Positions 1 through 12,099 of a stretch of DNA of 64,000 nucleotides are shown here, piece by piece. Within the stretch, counting starts at the first letter, position 1. The number at the start of each line of letters is the position of its first letter. The stretch spans positions 24,118,001 to 24,182,000 of the forward strand of contig NW_026262615.1 of NCBI RefSeq assembly GCF_021869535.1. The letters run 5' to 3'. The notes below the pieces were generated by a model, which saw only the letters and a program-made list of their open reading frames with translations, was not told where the DNA came from and searched no databases. Both the position numbers and the translations under genes were made by a program. Origin of the DNA: Mytilus californianus (taxonomy: Eukaryota).

Positions 1-149
1 TTGGTTGTATGGGATAAAGTTTAAAATCAGGTGATGCTTATTGGGGTTACTTTTAATGTATTCATAGAAACAGAAAACCTCGAGTACTTTAGATTTCTCT
101 TTCGTTTGTTTCTAGTTTGAATATTCGTACTTTGTATTTTTCTAAATAC

Positions 150-350
150 TTAGGATTGTGTACCCCAGGAATAGATTAACTAAGCTGTATTTCGCAAAAC
201 CTTTCGGAATTTTTAATCCTAAAAGCTATTCAACTTCGTAATTTATTTGACCTTTTTAATTTTTTTATTCGAGCATTTGAGTCTTTTGTACAAGAAACGC
301 GCGTCTGGCGCACAAAAGTTGAATTCTGGTATCTATGATGTGTTTATTTA
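150..350 (+). mobile_element. Family-1 hammerhead repeat with decayed core (copy B 30440-30650)
   Basis: gagcatttgagtcttttgtacaagaaACGCGCGTCtggcg keeps the palindromic helix III but has lost CUGA. Other remnants on the minus strand are at 10440-10560, 11200-11310, 36520-36615, 45190-45310, 45945-46020 and 54170-54215. Confidence 0.75.
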
Positions 351-2964
351 ATAGTTCACATGAGGTATATTCTTATTTCATTAACAGACATAGTTGTTTA
401 TAGCACAGTTTACAGCTTACACACTTTTTCCTAGTAATGGATTTCGGGATGTTAAATCCGATGCCTCGTGTAGGTTAAACACCTATATGCAATATGCGAG
501 TTAAAACAATTACAAAAACTCTTTGAGTGGTCGTAAATTGCCTGTTGTAAGGCACAATATATGCCCCTTTCTAAAATGTTTTCATTGTCCAGCAGCTGTA
601 AAAAATCTGCCCTTCGTCTATGTCCAGCCACTTTGCTAAACACACATAAAAGATGTATAGGTAAGTTGATATCTTCCAGAATATGCGTAAAATATTTGCC
701 ACCTGGCATTAAAAAACAATAATTTAGCTGAAAATCGGTCCACTAATCTAGCATACAGATGACGCATAACATAGCTACAGATATGTTAAGTTACATAATT
801 GTTATAAGAAAAAGTTGTTACTATATAAGGCTTTTTGTCGAAGTAGTAAGTTTTAAGATCATTTAAGAATATGTAGGGATTTATTTGGAATATAACGGTG
901 TCGTCAATATCATGTTCCTATTTCATAGATATATGACTATAATTTAAATATCCCATAATTTCATTCATTTCTAAACTCTCGTCGGAACAACATGTATATT
1001 CAACAAGTCCTGTACGACGCCTTTATATAGGAGCATATTTGTAGAACATTATTTTTTTCCATATGTAAATGCCCTTCAAAAGTCTGACAGTTCTGAAAAC
1101 AGCACAAACACTTGTCTCTAACATATACACATATATATCGTTTATTTATTTGTAAAGGCATATAGAATATTTTCATAGCGACAAGTGCCTGTGGAATTAT
1201 GACAAAATAAAATATATTCAATCTAACATAACATAACAATTTGAACAACGGTTTAGAACAGGGAAGAATTGTAAATGATAACTATACAACGTAAATTTAC
1301 AAATTATAGACGCAAACCCTGTAGGCTCATATAGCGGACTGACGCCAAAGGGAGATGATCTATAACGCATCTTTTGACAGGTAGTACACGTTGCTATATA
1401 TAACTCTTTATTTTAAGTATTATATCTTGTATCTGTAATATTCATATGTCGATTCTTAATTATGTCAATTAAGTTTTGACTGCACTTACATGTACACAAA
1501 ATTGTATTAATGTGGAAACTGAAATGCCCCTTAAAAAGTATCAGTGAAAGATATTTTTATAACATTCGAGCTAATTTATATAGTTTACTGGACCTGATAT
1601 AAAACTAAGAGTTCCCTGTACAAACGGTATGAAGAGACATAAATAATTAATTAAACGCGCGATGGTAGTTAACTAAACACATTCAAGTTTGGAAATAATT
1701 TTGCATTGATTATGACCATTTTAATACCTTCATTAATATATGGAAATATGCATATGCAGTATGTTTCTCTGAATGTTTTTCGTCCGTAAATAAGTGGGTT
1801 TTTTTATGCAGCATGCGCAAAACGTTTTGATGTTCAGAATGTTTACGTTCTTTTTAACCCCGCGAAAGTTCAAGTTTATTGTTTGTAAGGAAATCGAAAT
1901 TGTCCACCAGTAAACTGTTTTCTATTGTAATAAAAAGCTATGTATCAAGAATACATTAATTGTTTAATTGTTATAAGATAGTTTTTATCTCGAATATCTA
2001 TATTCAAAACTATCACCTGTTGAACAACACAATTGATAAACAAACGTATAATTGAACATCAAAATCGACATCTCGTCCAATCAGAGAACAGATCTGCGGC
2101 AAACGAAATGATTGAGAAGTTTTGCATAATCTGTTTTGCCGATCTAAAATTGTGTTTTTTTTTTATGTCCGATCTACATTCAAATATAAGAAATATTTTA
2201 TACAATAACGGCATGAGTATCATAATTAACAGAGCAAATCATTTTGACAGACGAACTTATTAGATTAGATTTTTTAGGTTTTAGATAAAGACAAAATACC
2301 ATTTCAAAGTGCTATAAGTAATTGGATTAGACCTCTTTAAAATAGCTATTTTTGTGACTACTAACTTTAATAGACAAGATCTGTACTGATTGAATATTGT
2401 AAGGGGATTCATGATGTGCAATATGACCTTTTGACGTTTCATCTGTAAAAAGCCTTCCGAATCCAGACAAACCATCCGCTTTATAATTATATATATAATA
2501 TAAAAAAAACCAAGTTCTTGAAACAGACATACGAGACACATCGGTGTTTAATTTTCTAAAACTTTTAAGACGACTCATTGAGATCGTCGGCACAAGTATA
2601 TTTTCAACTAACTAAGTAAATCTCCTTTTATAACATATTTTTAAAGTTGGTATATCAATGCCATGATCCAAAGAGTATCAAAAGCTTCACTAATACCAGC
2701 ATTATTTATTTTACTCCTTATTTTGTCATGTTTTCGGTTACGATATTACCATTCATGATGATATCAATTCTAAATGCACTTGTTATTGGGAACAGAAGAT
2801 ATTTAGAAAATCATTAATATTCAAACCGACATAGTTGTTCGTCTTTTTGTCTCAGGTAGATAATTGTCTCAATGACAATCATAACACATCTTCATTCTCA
2901 ATAAATTAATTGATTGGACTCTGGTGTTAGATGCCAGTTTTATCACTCTAAGCTATATCGTTGC

Positions 2965-3158
2965 GGCTAGTTTTTATTGATAAAGGAAGTTGAAATGTCC
3001 AGCGAACCACGACTTTCGATAGGAAAACTGTCAAATAGTCAGTAATGATAGGAATCGTACCCACCTGCCACGTGCGGGATTCGACTCACAACCACAGTGT
3101 TGCCAGGTTAGTGATATTGAAGATGAACTACGTAGATCACTCGGCCTTCCAAGCCCCC
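2965..3158 (-). mobile_element. tRNA-derived SINE (copy B ~33845-34025)
   Basis: The minus strand begins ggggg..ggccgagtgatcta (A-box-like) and contains gtgagtcgaatccc (B-box-like), followed by a non-tRNA body. Confidence 0.75.
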
Positions 3159-4554
3159 TTTTATTGATAGACAAATGCTAACTACTTAATTTTCTATCGT
3201 TGTTGCATGAGTAAATATTTAGCAGAGCGAAATCTTAACACATATTGTTTTTAGCAGTTATTGATTCTGAATTTACCTGCACGTGGGAGCCTCGCACAAG
3301 AAGAGAGACAGAAGAAGCATGTTTGGCTCTAAATTACAGTTTGATTCATGTAACACCTGGTATAAAAGAGATGATGGAAAATGTATGACAGTCTTTAAAC
3401 GACAATGGTAACAGGTAAAATATCTACATAGGTAGCTGATCTATATTTATTACATATTGGTGTTTTAAAAGCTAACATAAATGTCAAACCTAAACAATTC
3501 AGATTTGCATCTCTCCCTCACTTAAGTTAGCAAATAACTTAATCAGTGCAAAGGTTTGATTCCTTTTAAGGATTTTATGGTTTGATCAGATCTTAGTGGT
3601 GCAACGGTGCAAGACAATTGGTATCGTTTATGTTATTTTTACCACTGGGTCGATACATCTGCTGGTGGCGAATGTTTATCCAGCCCAGTAGCCAGTACTT
3701 CGGTACTGGCATGAAAATACGAATATTGTTTTGATATTTTCAAATATTTTGGCCTCGAACATCATTGAAGAGACATTAGTTGCCGTAATGGGCATCTAAC
3801 ATACGCAAATAAAACCTACTTTATAAGTAATTGATAATTTGTATTGGCATTATAAATCCCATTTATCTAATTTACAAAGCCTTACCATAATGGACGGGAT
3901 GCACTAGTTTATACAAAGACAATTTCAAATACTGGTGAAATGAGATGTTTGCCATAGAACTTGTAACGGTTATGTTTCTAGATGAAATAAGGTATATATG
4001 TTTTATTTAAGCATCATTGAATTTTGGGCATATCACAGTCCAGACAACAACCGACCTAAAGGACAGATACAGTACGATATGTTCCCGTCAACCTATGATC
4101 TATCTGCTCTCTGTGTCATAATTATCTATGAAGTACGAAACACTCGTTTCGGATGGGTACCAGTAGATTGTGAAAACAAGACTGCTACAGCTGGCACATG
4201 CTGTAACCAAGGTATATTATACGAAGGTAACAACGACATTCATTGAAACAATTACTGATTAATTGCAATCTGAAGGGAAAATGGTTTAGACAATATTATA
4301 CTGGCACTCCTGACACTAACTATAGACCATCTGTCATAAAAATCATTTTATTTATAATGAGAACGAAAATCATTTTTCGCTTTTACTGTATTTGTATTCA
4401 TTGTCGCTGCAATGAATACAGTAATTTTATGTACAGTCAAAATTACAATCAGTAGTATGTGTACCAGTATTTTTGTATATTGTGTTACGATTTATTTTTC
4501 TGTGACTGAGAATATGGGACTATCTCATTTATCCAATTTCACAACATAAATTGC

Positions 4555-4715
4555 TTTACATTTGTCATTTCGGGGCCTTTTATAGCTGACTATGTGGTAT
4601 GGGCTTTGATCATAATTGAAGGCCGTGCGATGACCTATAGTTGTTAATTTATGTGTCATTTGGTCTTTTGTGGAGAGTTGACTTATTGGCAATCATGCTT
4701 CATCTTATTTTTATA
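4555..4715 (+). mobile_element. High-copy dispersed repeat (gaaggccgtacggtgacctatag...ccacatcttc family)
   Basis: Further copies at ~12970-13240, 14650-14765, 30095-30225 and 35885-36050, and on the minus strand at 48068-48165, 52365-52575, 53355-53615 and 56020-56140. Confidence 0.8.
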
Positions 4716-5389
4716 TATAATGGATACATGTAAATAACAAAAATGATAAAGGTTCTTCTTCTTAGTAAAACAGTATATCTCCATATATCATTTTTGAGTT
4801 AAAGCTAATATTTTTTAACATATGTTAATATTTATTTTTATTTTGAAATGCTACATATCGTAAAAAATGGTTTACTTTATTTTCGAGTGAAGATCTGTGA
4901 CGTAACTTGCGTAAATACAACATTCACTTTGTCCGAAAAAGAAGTATTTCGAATGACTTTGAAAACAATACGTATATATTGCGTCCGGATTTTCATGCGA
5001 ACAAAACTTATATGAATTTCTAAATATAATAATTTGATGTACAAATCAATGACTCACAATTTTTAAGTCTACATTGTAATGTAACATTAACTTCGAAATC
5101 AGGTTAAGGCCAGAAACATGAACAGATTTATTTTTTCACGTTATTTTCTCCTATCAGCATCTATAGCTGACATCTCTGTATTATTGGTTTGCCTATTTCT
5201 TTCTGCAAGAACCTTCTTGTCGACATCTTTTTATCGTACGTGTATTATTGATTGCAGTTTTCTACAGCCTATCATAATCGTTTTAACATAGAAATTTTTT
5301 TGCTATTTCTAATGTACACTTCGACATCAAAATAAAACTCAGCACTCAATAAAAAAAATCATCATAGATACCCAGACGAAAAGTGTGTA

Positions 5390-5432
5390 CGCAAGATGCG
5401 CGTTTCGTCTACAAAAAAACTCGTCAGTGACG
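5390..5432 (-). ncRNA. Minimal type-I hammerhead ribozyme-like motif, family 1
   Basis: Minus strand: CGTCA-CTGACGA-GTTT-TTTGT-AGAC-GAA-ACGCGCAT-C-TTGCG. The catalytic core nucleotides are present; helices I and III each have one mismatch. Confidence 0.7.
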
Positions 5433-8024
5433 CTCGTATAACAAAGTAAAAAAAGCCAAATAAATTACGAAGTTAAAGAGCATTGAATATCCAAAATTCC
5501 GAAAGGTTTTGCCAAATACTGAATTCATTGATTGTCTGTTGCTTAACGTCTAGTAGAGAAATATTCCATGCATGTTTAGGACGATTGCAAAATATAGCAA
5601 AAGTAATAAATTTCTAATTTGAAATTGACTGTCAAGCGGCGATTAATCATTTCCTTTTTTCTACTTCAGCTTTGCTAGTTTTGAAGAGGATCATGAATCT
5701 CGTTAAATTATCTTTTGCTGGTTCACCATGGATAGAAGAAAAGTATTTTTTTTCATCAATTCAAAGTCTCCCTACATGGGCTGTTGCGTATGAAGAATTA
5801 CTGCGTACTCGTTGAAGTACAATACATGTATATGTATTTATTTATTTGATTACACTTCTTTCTTTCTTTCTTTATTCATTTGCTTAATTATTATTTTTCT
5901 TTCTTTCTTTCCTTCTTTATTTATTAAGTTGATAAGATTTAGTTGGCATATAAAAACCAACAAGAGTCGGATGAGAACACTTTTAATGTAGTATGTGTTA
6001 TGGCAAAGAATTTGTATATATCAAGATTGACCAAGTTGATATGTGTATGTATGTATGTAAATGATATGCGATGTGTGCAAATGATATGTGTATGTGTGTA
6101 AACAGTGCAGAACATCCACTTTTTGGGACAGTATTCAGAGTTATTATTAGGAACGCTTCTGTAAACATGTTCTACATATGTTGCCGTTGCCAATTGCTGA
6201 TTACCTTTGTAAAAAAAACCAGCAGTTAACATTAGGTTACCACTATTAGAAGCATCAGTAGTTTACCGATATAAAACACGTGTTCTTAAGAAGACATTAC
6301 AATTACAAATATTGACAGAGTTAAAGTAATCATAGTAAACGTTCGCTTACGAAAACACAGAAACATGATCAAATAACATGAAACGGCCTAATATTGGGCT
6401 ACTAGTATGCTTTCTCTCCATCAACCCGTATTGATGGTTCTTGTGGGTTTTTGTTGTTGTTTTTTTTTTTGGAGAGATTTCAGTGTAACAGATTTGTGGT
6501 CAGCTCTGTCGCTAAATGAATATCAAGATCCGGAGATGTGTTCATTATCGAGAGTAAAACGACCAGAACCAAAATGGTTAGATTTTTTTCCAGCAGTTAG
6601 ATTCAGATTTGTTTGATATATGTGAGAAGGCAAAGCATATGACCGTATACATGTTACCAAGTAAGATTTAAGAAATAAAATAGAGATGGTTATCTAGTTT
6701 CTAGTTAATATCTCATAAAAGAGAGGCGAAAGAAAACAAAGGGATAATCAAACTCATTAGTCGAACAGGAATTGGCAGTGCCACTTCAAACACGACCAAA
6801 AGAAAAACAATAGTGTACAAAACACAACATAGAAATCTAAACACTGAGCAAAGTCAACACGATTATCACCAAAACCAGGGGTCATCTCATGTACTTCGGA
6901 AGGTTGAGCAGATCCTACTTTACAGGTGGCAGATAAGTCAAGGTATTGAAGATAAAAACATGAAAATGAAAATAAACATAATCTGTTAACGAAGTCCCAC
7001 CTGGTGAATCGAAAGGATTTGCATCTTATGCTACATAAAATAAAATAATTAACTCCAATTGTTTGTCACATCCAGGAATGTTGCATTACTCAGTCTGATA
7101 ATATTTGATTGCAAATTTGGATATGTGGGAGCTATTGCAAAGTAAAAACTTCACATTTGAGGATGACAGTAGTGACATTTGTCATTGGATTTTCGTGTTA
7201 GGTTACTGTAAAAGAAGAGTACACGGTAAAATTGTTGTAGTTAGAACTCTAGCCTAGCTTATCATATCAACTGAGATACATAAATGCATTCAGCTGGTTC
7301 AGATGTCATGTTAATAATTATTTTATCCGAGACCTTAATCGGTAGTTAAGGTCGTTAAACAGTAGTAATTCTTTTATTACAATTGAAATAATGTAATAAA
7401 AATGTGCAATTTGAAAGTTTGCTAGCTGATTTTCCATCTTTCCTTGCTGGAGTTTTTATAGATGTAGCAGAGCCTCACGATGAATACCCATAATAAAACT
7501 ACCGAGTCTTGGAATATAAATTCATCTAAGTCAACAATTATGTTGCTGGTAAAACTAAAGATGTCCCGTTAAAAATATAAACTGTTTGAGTAATTTGACA
7601 AGGATCCACAACCAGTGATACCTATTCTAAAATATGTGCAGTGATATTTTTCAACCTGCGACACTCAACAGTTCATTGTTTCCGAGCAGCGTGAAATATT
7701 TTCCTGTGACTAAAGAGTTTATTGTGTCCGGGTATCGTGGCATGTTTTCCTGTGGATTGTTACTTCGTATGATTGCCAATTAGAGAGACCAAATGACGTA
7801 AAGCTTAGCAATTATAGCTTACGTATGGTTCATGTTCATATAGTAATAATATGTTCTTGCTCTAAAGATGCATTGTTTTTGCCATAGGGCGTGAGACATC
7901 CATTCATCATCATCCAAAGTTAATTTATTTTAATTCCTAACAATGCATCATGATCAATTAACAGTTCTCGCTGACGAAGCATGAATATACTGGCTTTTGA
8001 TTTTTGTACTGGGATCTGTTTATA

Positions 8025-8225
8025 TACTGTGGATACATTTATTTTCGTATGGTACTAATTTTTGTTGATTGAAGAAATATGAGGGGTTTTTTTTATCGAT
8101 ATTTAACTTTCTGGTTAACCAAAGTCTACATACACGCCTACAGAAATTTTGTAATTTCGTGGTTCATTTTGATCACCGAATACCTCAAAAATTGGTATCA
8201 AAGATAAAGTGATGAATCCACAGTA
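8025..8225. mobile_element. TA-flanked MITE (Tc1/mariner-like ends)
   Basis: tactgtggatacattt ... gatgaatccacagta. The copy B equivalent (39389-39947) is split by the hammerhead repeat. Another family member lies at ~57950-58170. Confidence 0.7.
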
Positions 8226-10019
8226 TCTTTATATGATAACTAACAAGTGTTTGTTTTAAATCACATAATTCATAAATGACAATGGTTTTTATTTGTATCT
8301 ACCAGCAGGTAGCCAGTTGTTGTACAGTCATATTAAAGATTATTTGCTTGTTAACGCTAAGTTTTTCTTAAACACAACCTCAAGAGCGAAAAATACGACA
8401 GAGTGTATGGAAGAATGTAATGGATTCAATCAATTTGGAGTGGCATGCATGTGTTTTAACTTTGACAAGAAGTCTTCAACCTGCAGATTTTCTGAAGATA
8501 GAATTGCACCTCGTTACATAATTGACCCCTCGTTATCTATTGACTTGTATTTGATACTGCCTATTACGCATAAGTATGGTTATAATATAACCCATGATAT
8601 AAGTAAATGTTAGCGTTTTATTTGGATTCAAATGTAATTGGAACTTTTATATTTAAAAAAGTCTGGAATACTTAGCAATTCATTAGTACAGCTAATATAA
8701 TGTGTATGAATATATATATATATAAATAACTTACACAACAAAGAAGTCAATTTTATCTTTAAAGATTCGTTTGTCAAATAATGAACAAACATAGTTTCCT
8801 TACAATATTTGATACAGTTGGTTAGTGCCTTACACACGTGTTTACTTACAATAAGATATACATGTTAAACCAAATATTTAATAATCTTCTAAATATTTTT
8901 TGAAAAGACTGGTGCAGTTTGTGTATACTCATTAACTGCTTGTCTGACTTTTTTCTATGCATTCTCAAAAATTTCATTTACAAAACATCTTTAAATTCAA
9001 ACTTACTACTAATTTCAAATGTAGAAAAATTGGGAATAACAAACTAGTGGTGGTATATGTATGTGGATGTCCTTATACGATAGCCACCATGTGTGAAATT
9101 CATTTAAACAAATACAAATTGGAACAACGGACTGAAACAATCCTGACTCAGAACAACATTTTTTTTTATTATCCTACATCGGTATAATAGAAAAGCCGGA
9201 AGAGCCATGGCAACCATAAATGTCATGGTCAAGGTATAATGCATACGTAAATAATATTGTTGTGTATTTGTACATCTCACATCTGTTGTTCCCAATTACT
9301 AACTGGTCTTAAATTTTCCTATCTATAATCGTTCCTACGTGATACTATGATTTCCTGTTTGCAGCAGTTATAATTTGAAATACGAAGCAACGGATATATG
9401 TGGAAATTTGAAAGCAGGAGGATATAGCGATTACTATTAAGAAAAAGTCAAATCTCATATGTAAGCATTGTCTATATTATCTTTCTGGAATATTCTTTCA
9501 TAATTTTAGACAGTGGTATTTTTGTAAGTCTGTAAGCATATTTCAATTTTCTGGTGTGTTCACAGAAACAAAATTAAAACAACAGTATTGTTGAACTTCA
9601 AAATTGAATTCTAAACAAGCGGAAATTCAAACATTCAATAACAACATGTAAAAACAATAAGAAAAAGATCAAGGAACGTTTGATAAAAATTAATTTAATA
9701 ACTCGTTGCAATTACATGCAATATTCTAATGTATGAGTATACTTAATCCTCCATTTTTATCCTTTTAAAGCCCTTATATATTCCAACGAAACCACTACGG
9801 ATACGTGTTATTATACAACCGACTTTTAGAGTATAACAACTGACATAGCACAACAGCATCATACTTCAGGTATTTTGTTTAAGTATTTTGTATAAAGAAA
9901 TACCGTACATAGCTAATTTGTTTCATATAAATAAGTTTTGGTTGATTGCTTGATTTATTGGTGTGTTATGACTCTTTCAGCAATATTGGCTATTTCATGT
10001 TTAAAAATTTTTTTGGTTG

Positions 10020-10200
10020 AGAAAACCACAGTGCCCAGAGAGAACCAACGACCTTGGGCAGGACAACTGACAATCCTAGTCAATTAAGAATTGAGCAAAG
10101 CGCACCTGCCACGCTCGGGGTTTGAACTCACAATCTCAGATTTGACAGGCTAGTGATACAGTAGATGGACTCCTTAGACATATCAGCCACCGAGGCCCCT
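10020..10200 (-). mobile_element. tRNA-derived SINE (copy B ~44790-44972)
   Basis: Minus strand ggggcctcggtggctgatatg...gtgagttcaaacccc...aaggtcgttggttctctctgggcact. Pol III A and B boxes are present. Confidence 0.8.
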
Positions 10201-11819
10201 ATACATAAGTATAACAGTATGCTGTAAATTCTAGATGACATTGTCTTTTTTTCTGATTTGTACATAGATATACCATTATCTTATACAATTAGATATATTG
10301 CAAATGTTTTAACCCATATTATGCATTTCGGATTGAAAATTTCATAAATTGATCGATTTATTTATTTGTCGCAAGGACCTAAGTGTTAACTCATACAATC
10401 TGGCTACTTTAGTGTAATGTGCAATGAAAATACCAAATTGATGATAAAACACAAAGACTCACGAATGACGCACGAATTAATAAAATTAAAAAGCCAAATA
10501 AAGTACAAAGTTGAAGAGCATTGTGGATGAAAAATTCCGAAAGGTTTTGCCAAATACATATAATAAATTTCAAAAAGATGGAAGCGAGTGCAGTAACTAA
10601 GAGTAGCTCCTTCTAATCTAACTGCAGATTCATATATTTGTCATTTATCAGGTATGATAGTGATCACTGTTGCAACATGACTGGCCTCCATTTCAAGTTT
10701 TGTGGTCTTGTTTTCTATTGTTGGACGTATATTATCAAAGTAAGTTTACACATATTACATATGCGTGTTAAATTATAGATTCCACCAATCCGTTAAATGC
10801 ATGTAGTATGAGGGAATTATTTTTTCTCTAGGCTACCATCTTCGTTAATTTAGAAAAAAAGGTATTTTCGCGGATACTTGATTTCGTGCTTTTGACAAAA
10901 TTGTTTATGCAAGCATTTGATAATTTGAATTTTGTTGAGTATTTAATTCGAGGCTCTCCTATACCTATAAAATCAATGAAAAAACATAAAAAAGAATGAT
11001 TTCACGGTACTAAACTTTTTTTCAATTCAAATTAGGTTGAGATTTGAAACAGTGATTCTTCAACGACTAGACATTGTAATTTAGTTTGATACCTGCACTT
11101 GTATTGTTTACTTACTTGCTATTTCATTATATATCCACACATTAATTCATTTGGGCGGGACGGTATATGGTTGTTGAAACTTATGAAGAAAGTATATATA
11201 AACTCATCATAGATTCCAGGATTAACATTTTGTACGCTAGACGCGCGTTCCATTTACAAAATACTCATCCCTGAAAACTCATCGCTCGAATCAAAAAGTT
11301 TTAAAAGGCCTGACAATGTCAGGCCAGGTTCCTTACTTTTTAAATATATACTGAACTCGAATAATTCTTAATTCATACTAAATAAATTTGTCATTTTAAA
11401 TAGGTTATTATGAAATGAATATTTTTTATTTTAGAATATGTTTCAAACAGAACAGCTCCAAATTTGTCCTAATGAAAATGAAATTGAATTACCGTCTTAC
11501 TCTTATGACGAAGTTCTTTATTCTACGAACATTATTTATAGTTTGCCTCCTATTGGATTTGAAGTGACAATCTGTTAGACAAACTTGTTCAAATACATAT
11601 GTTTTTCAAGATTGTGGTTTTTAAAAGGTGATGGTGTTAATTTTTCCTCAACTATATAACCTGTATACTAGAGATTTCCAATAAACTGACATAAGTACCT
11701 AACTCGACGTACGCACGTAACGGGACCGGTTATTGCTAACCTATTAATTTTGTTAAATGCGTCCCTCAAGTTTTATCTAAGTATTCCTAAACTATTTAAT
11801 CCATTCATGGTAAATGGGA

Positions 11820-12099
11820 CGGTGCTAGGATGAAATTTGAAAAAAATAGGCAGGACAGGAGTTTTGAGTTAAAAAAAAGGCAGGATGAGACACTTTGCAT
11901 AAAAAAAGGCAAGATGACAATTTATGTAAAAAAAAAGTCAGGATAAACTAAAAAAAAAGGCAGGACCGAATAGAGTGAAAAATATAAAGGCAGGACAGGG
12001 ATTACAACTAAAAAAAATGCAGGACAAAATTTTTCATCCTAGCCCCCCCCCCCCCCCCCCCCCCCCCCCCCCATAAAAATCAAATGGCAGCACCCTTAA
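11820..12099. mobile_element. MITE with aaaaaggcaggac motif array and poly-C
   Basis: Inverted gctaggatgaaa / tttcatcctagc, about eight A-tract+ggcaggac units, a ~30-nt C tract, ending cccttaa. Confidence 0.7.

Larger units (their letters stand above)
3258..8613 (+). pseudogene. CTLD-CTLD-PAN pseudogene (copy A)
   Basis: Exons at 3258-3414, 4012-4211, 5670-5742, 6484-6660 and 8309-8569. Lesions: TGG>TGA at 3386-3388; 81 nt lost from the CTLD2 N-half, including W..A...C..GG.L; +1 frameshift near 6582-6590; terminal Cys>Tyr; PAN donor gt>at at 8570. Confidence 0.9.

Noticed and set aside
6582-6590. Copy A frameshift as a mere homopolymer sequencing error
   Set aside because: This is possible for that one site, but an independent nonsense codon, deletions, cysteine loss and donor loss still make copy A a pseudogene.
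9020-9110. EGF-like YVCGCPYTIATMCE text
   Set aside because: The cysteine spacing is wrong, the first three cysteines are missing, and the frame is broken in the other two copies.
9104-9295. Signal-peptide-like minus-strand ORF (MHYTLTMTFMVAMALPAFLL...) seen three times (also 40844 and 43661)
   Set aside because: Its recurrence is explained by the recent duplications. Start, length and stop differ between copies, and there is no domain or splice support.
10020-10200. tRNA gene
   Set aside because: A and B boxes are present but there is no complete cloverleaf, and the sequence continues into a SINE body.
12043-12072. Poly-C tracts (also 21135-21156) as functional G-quadruplexes
   Set aside because: The first is part of a MITE, and homopolymer lengths are unreliable in assemblies.
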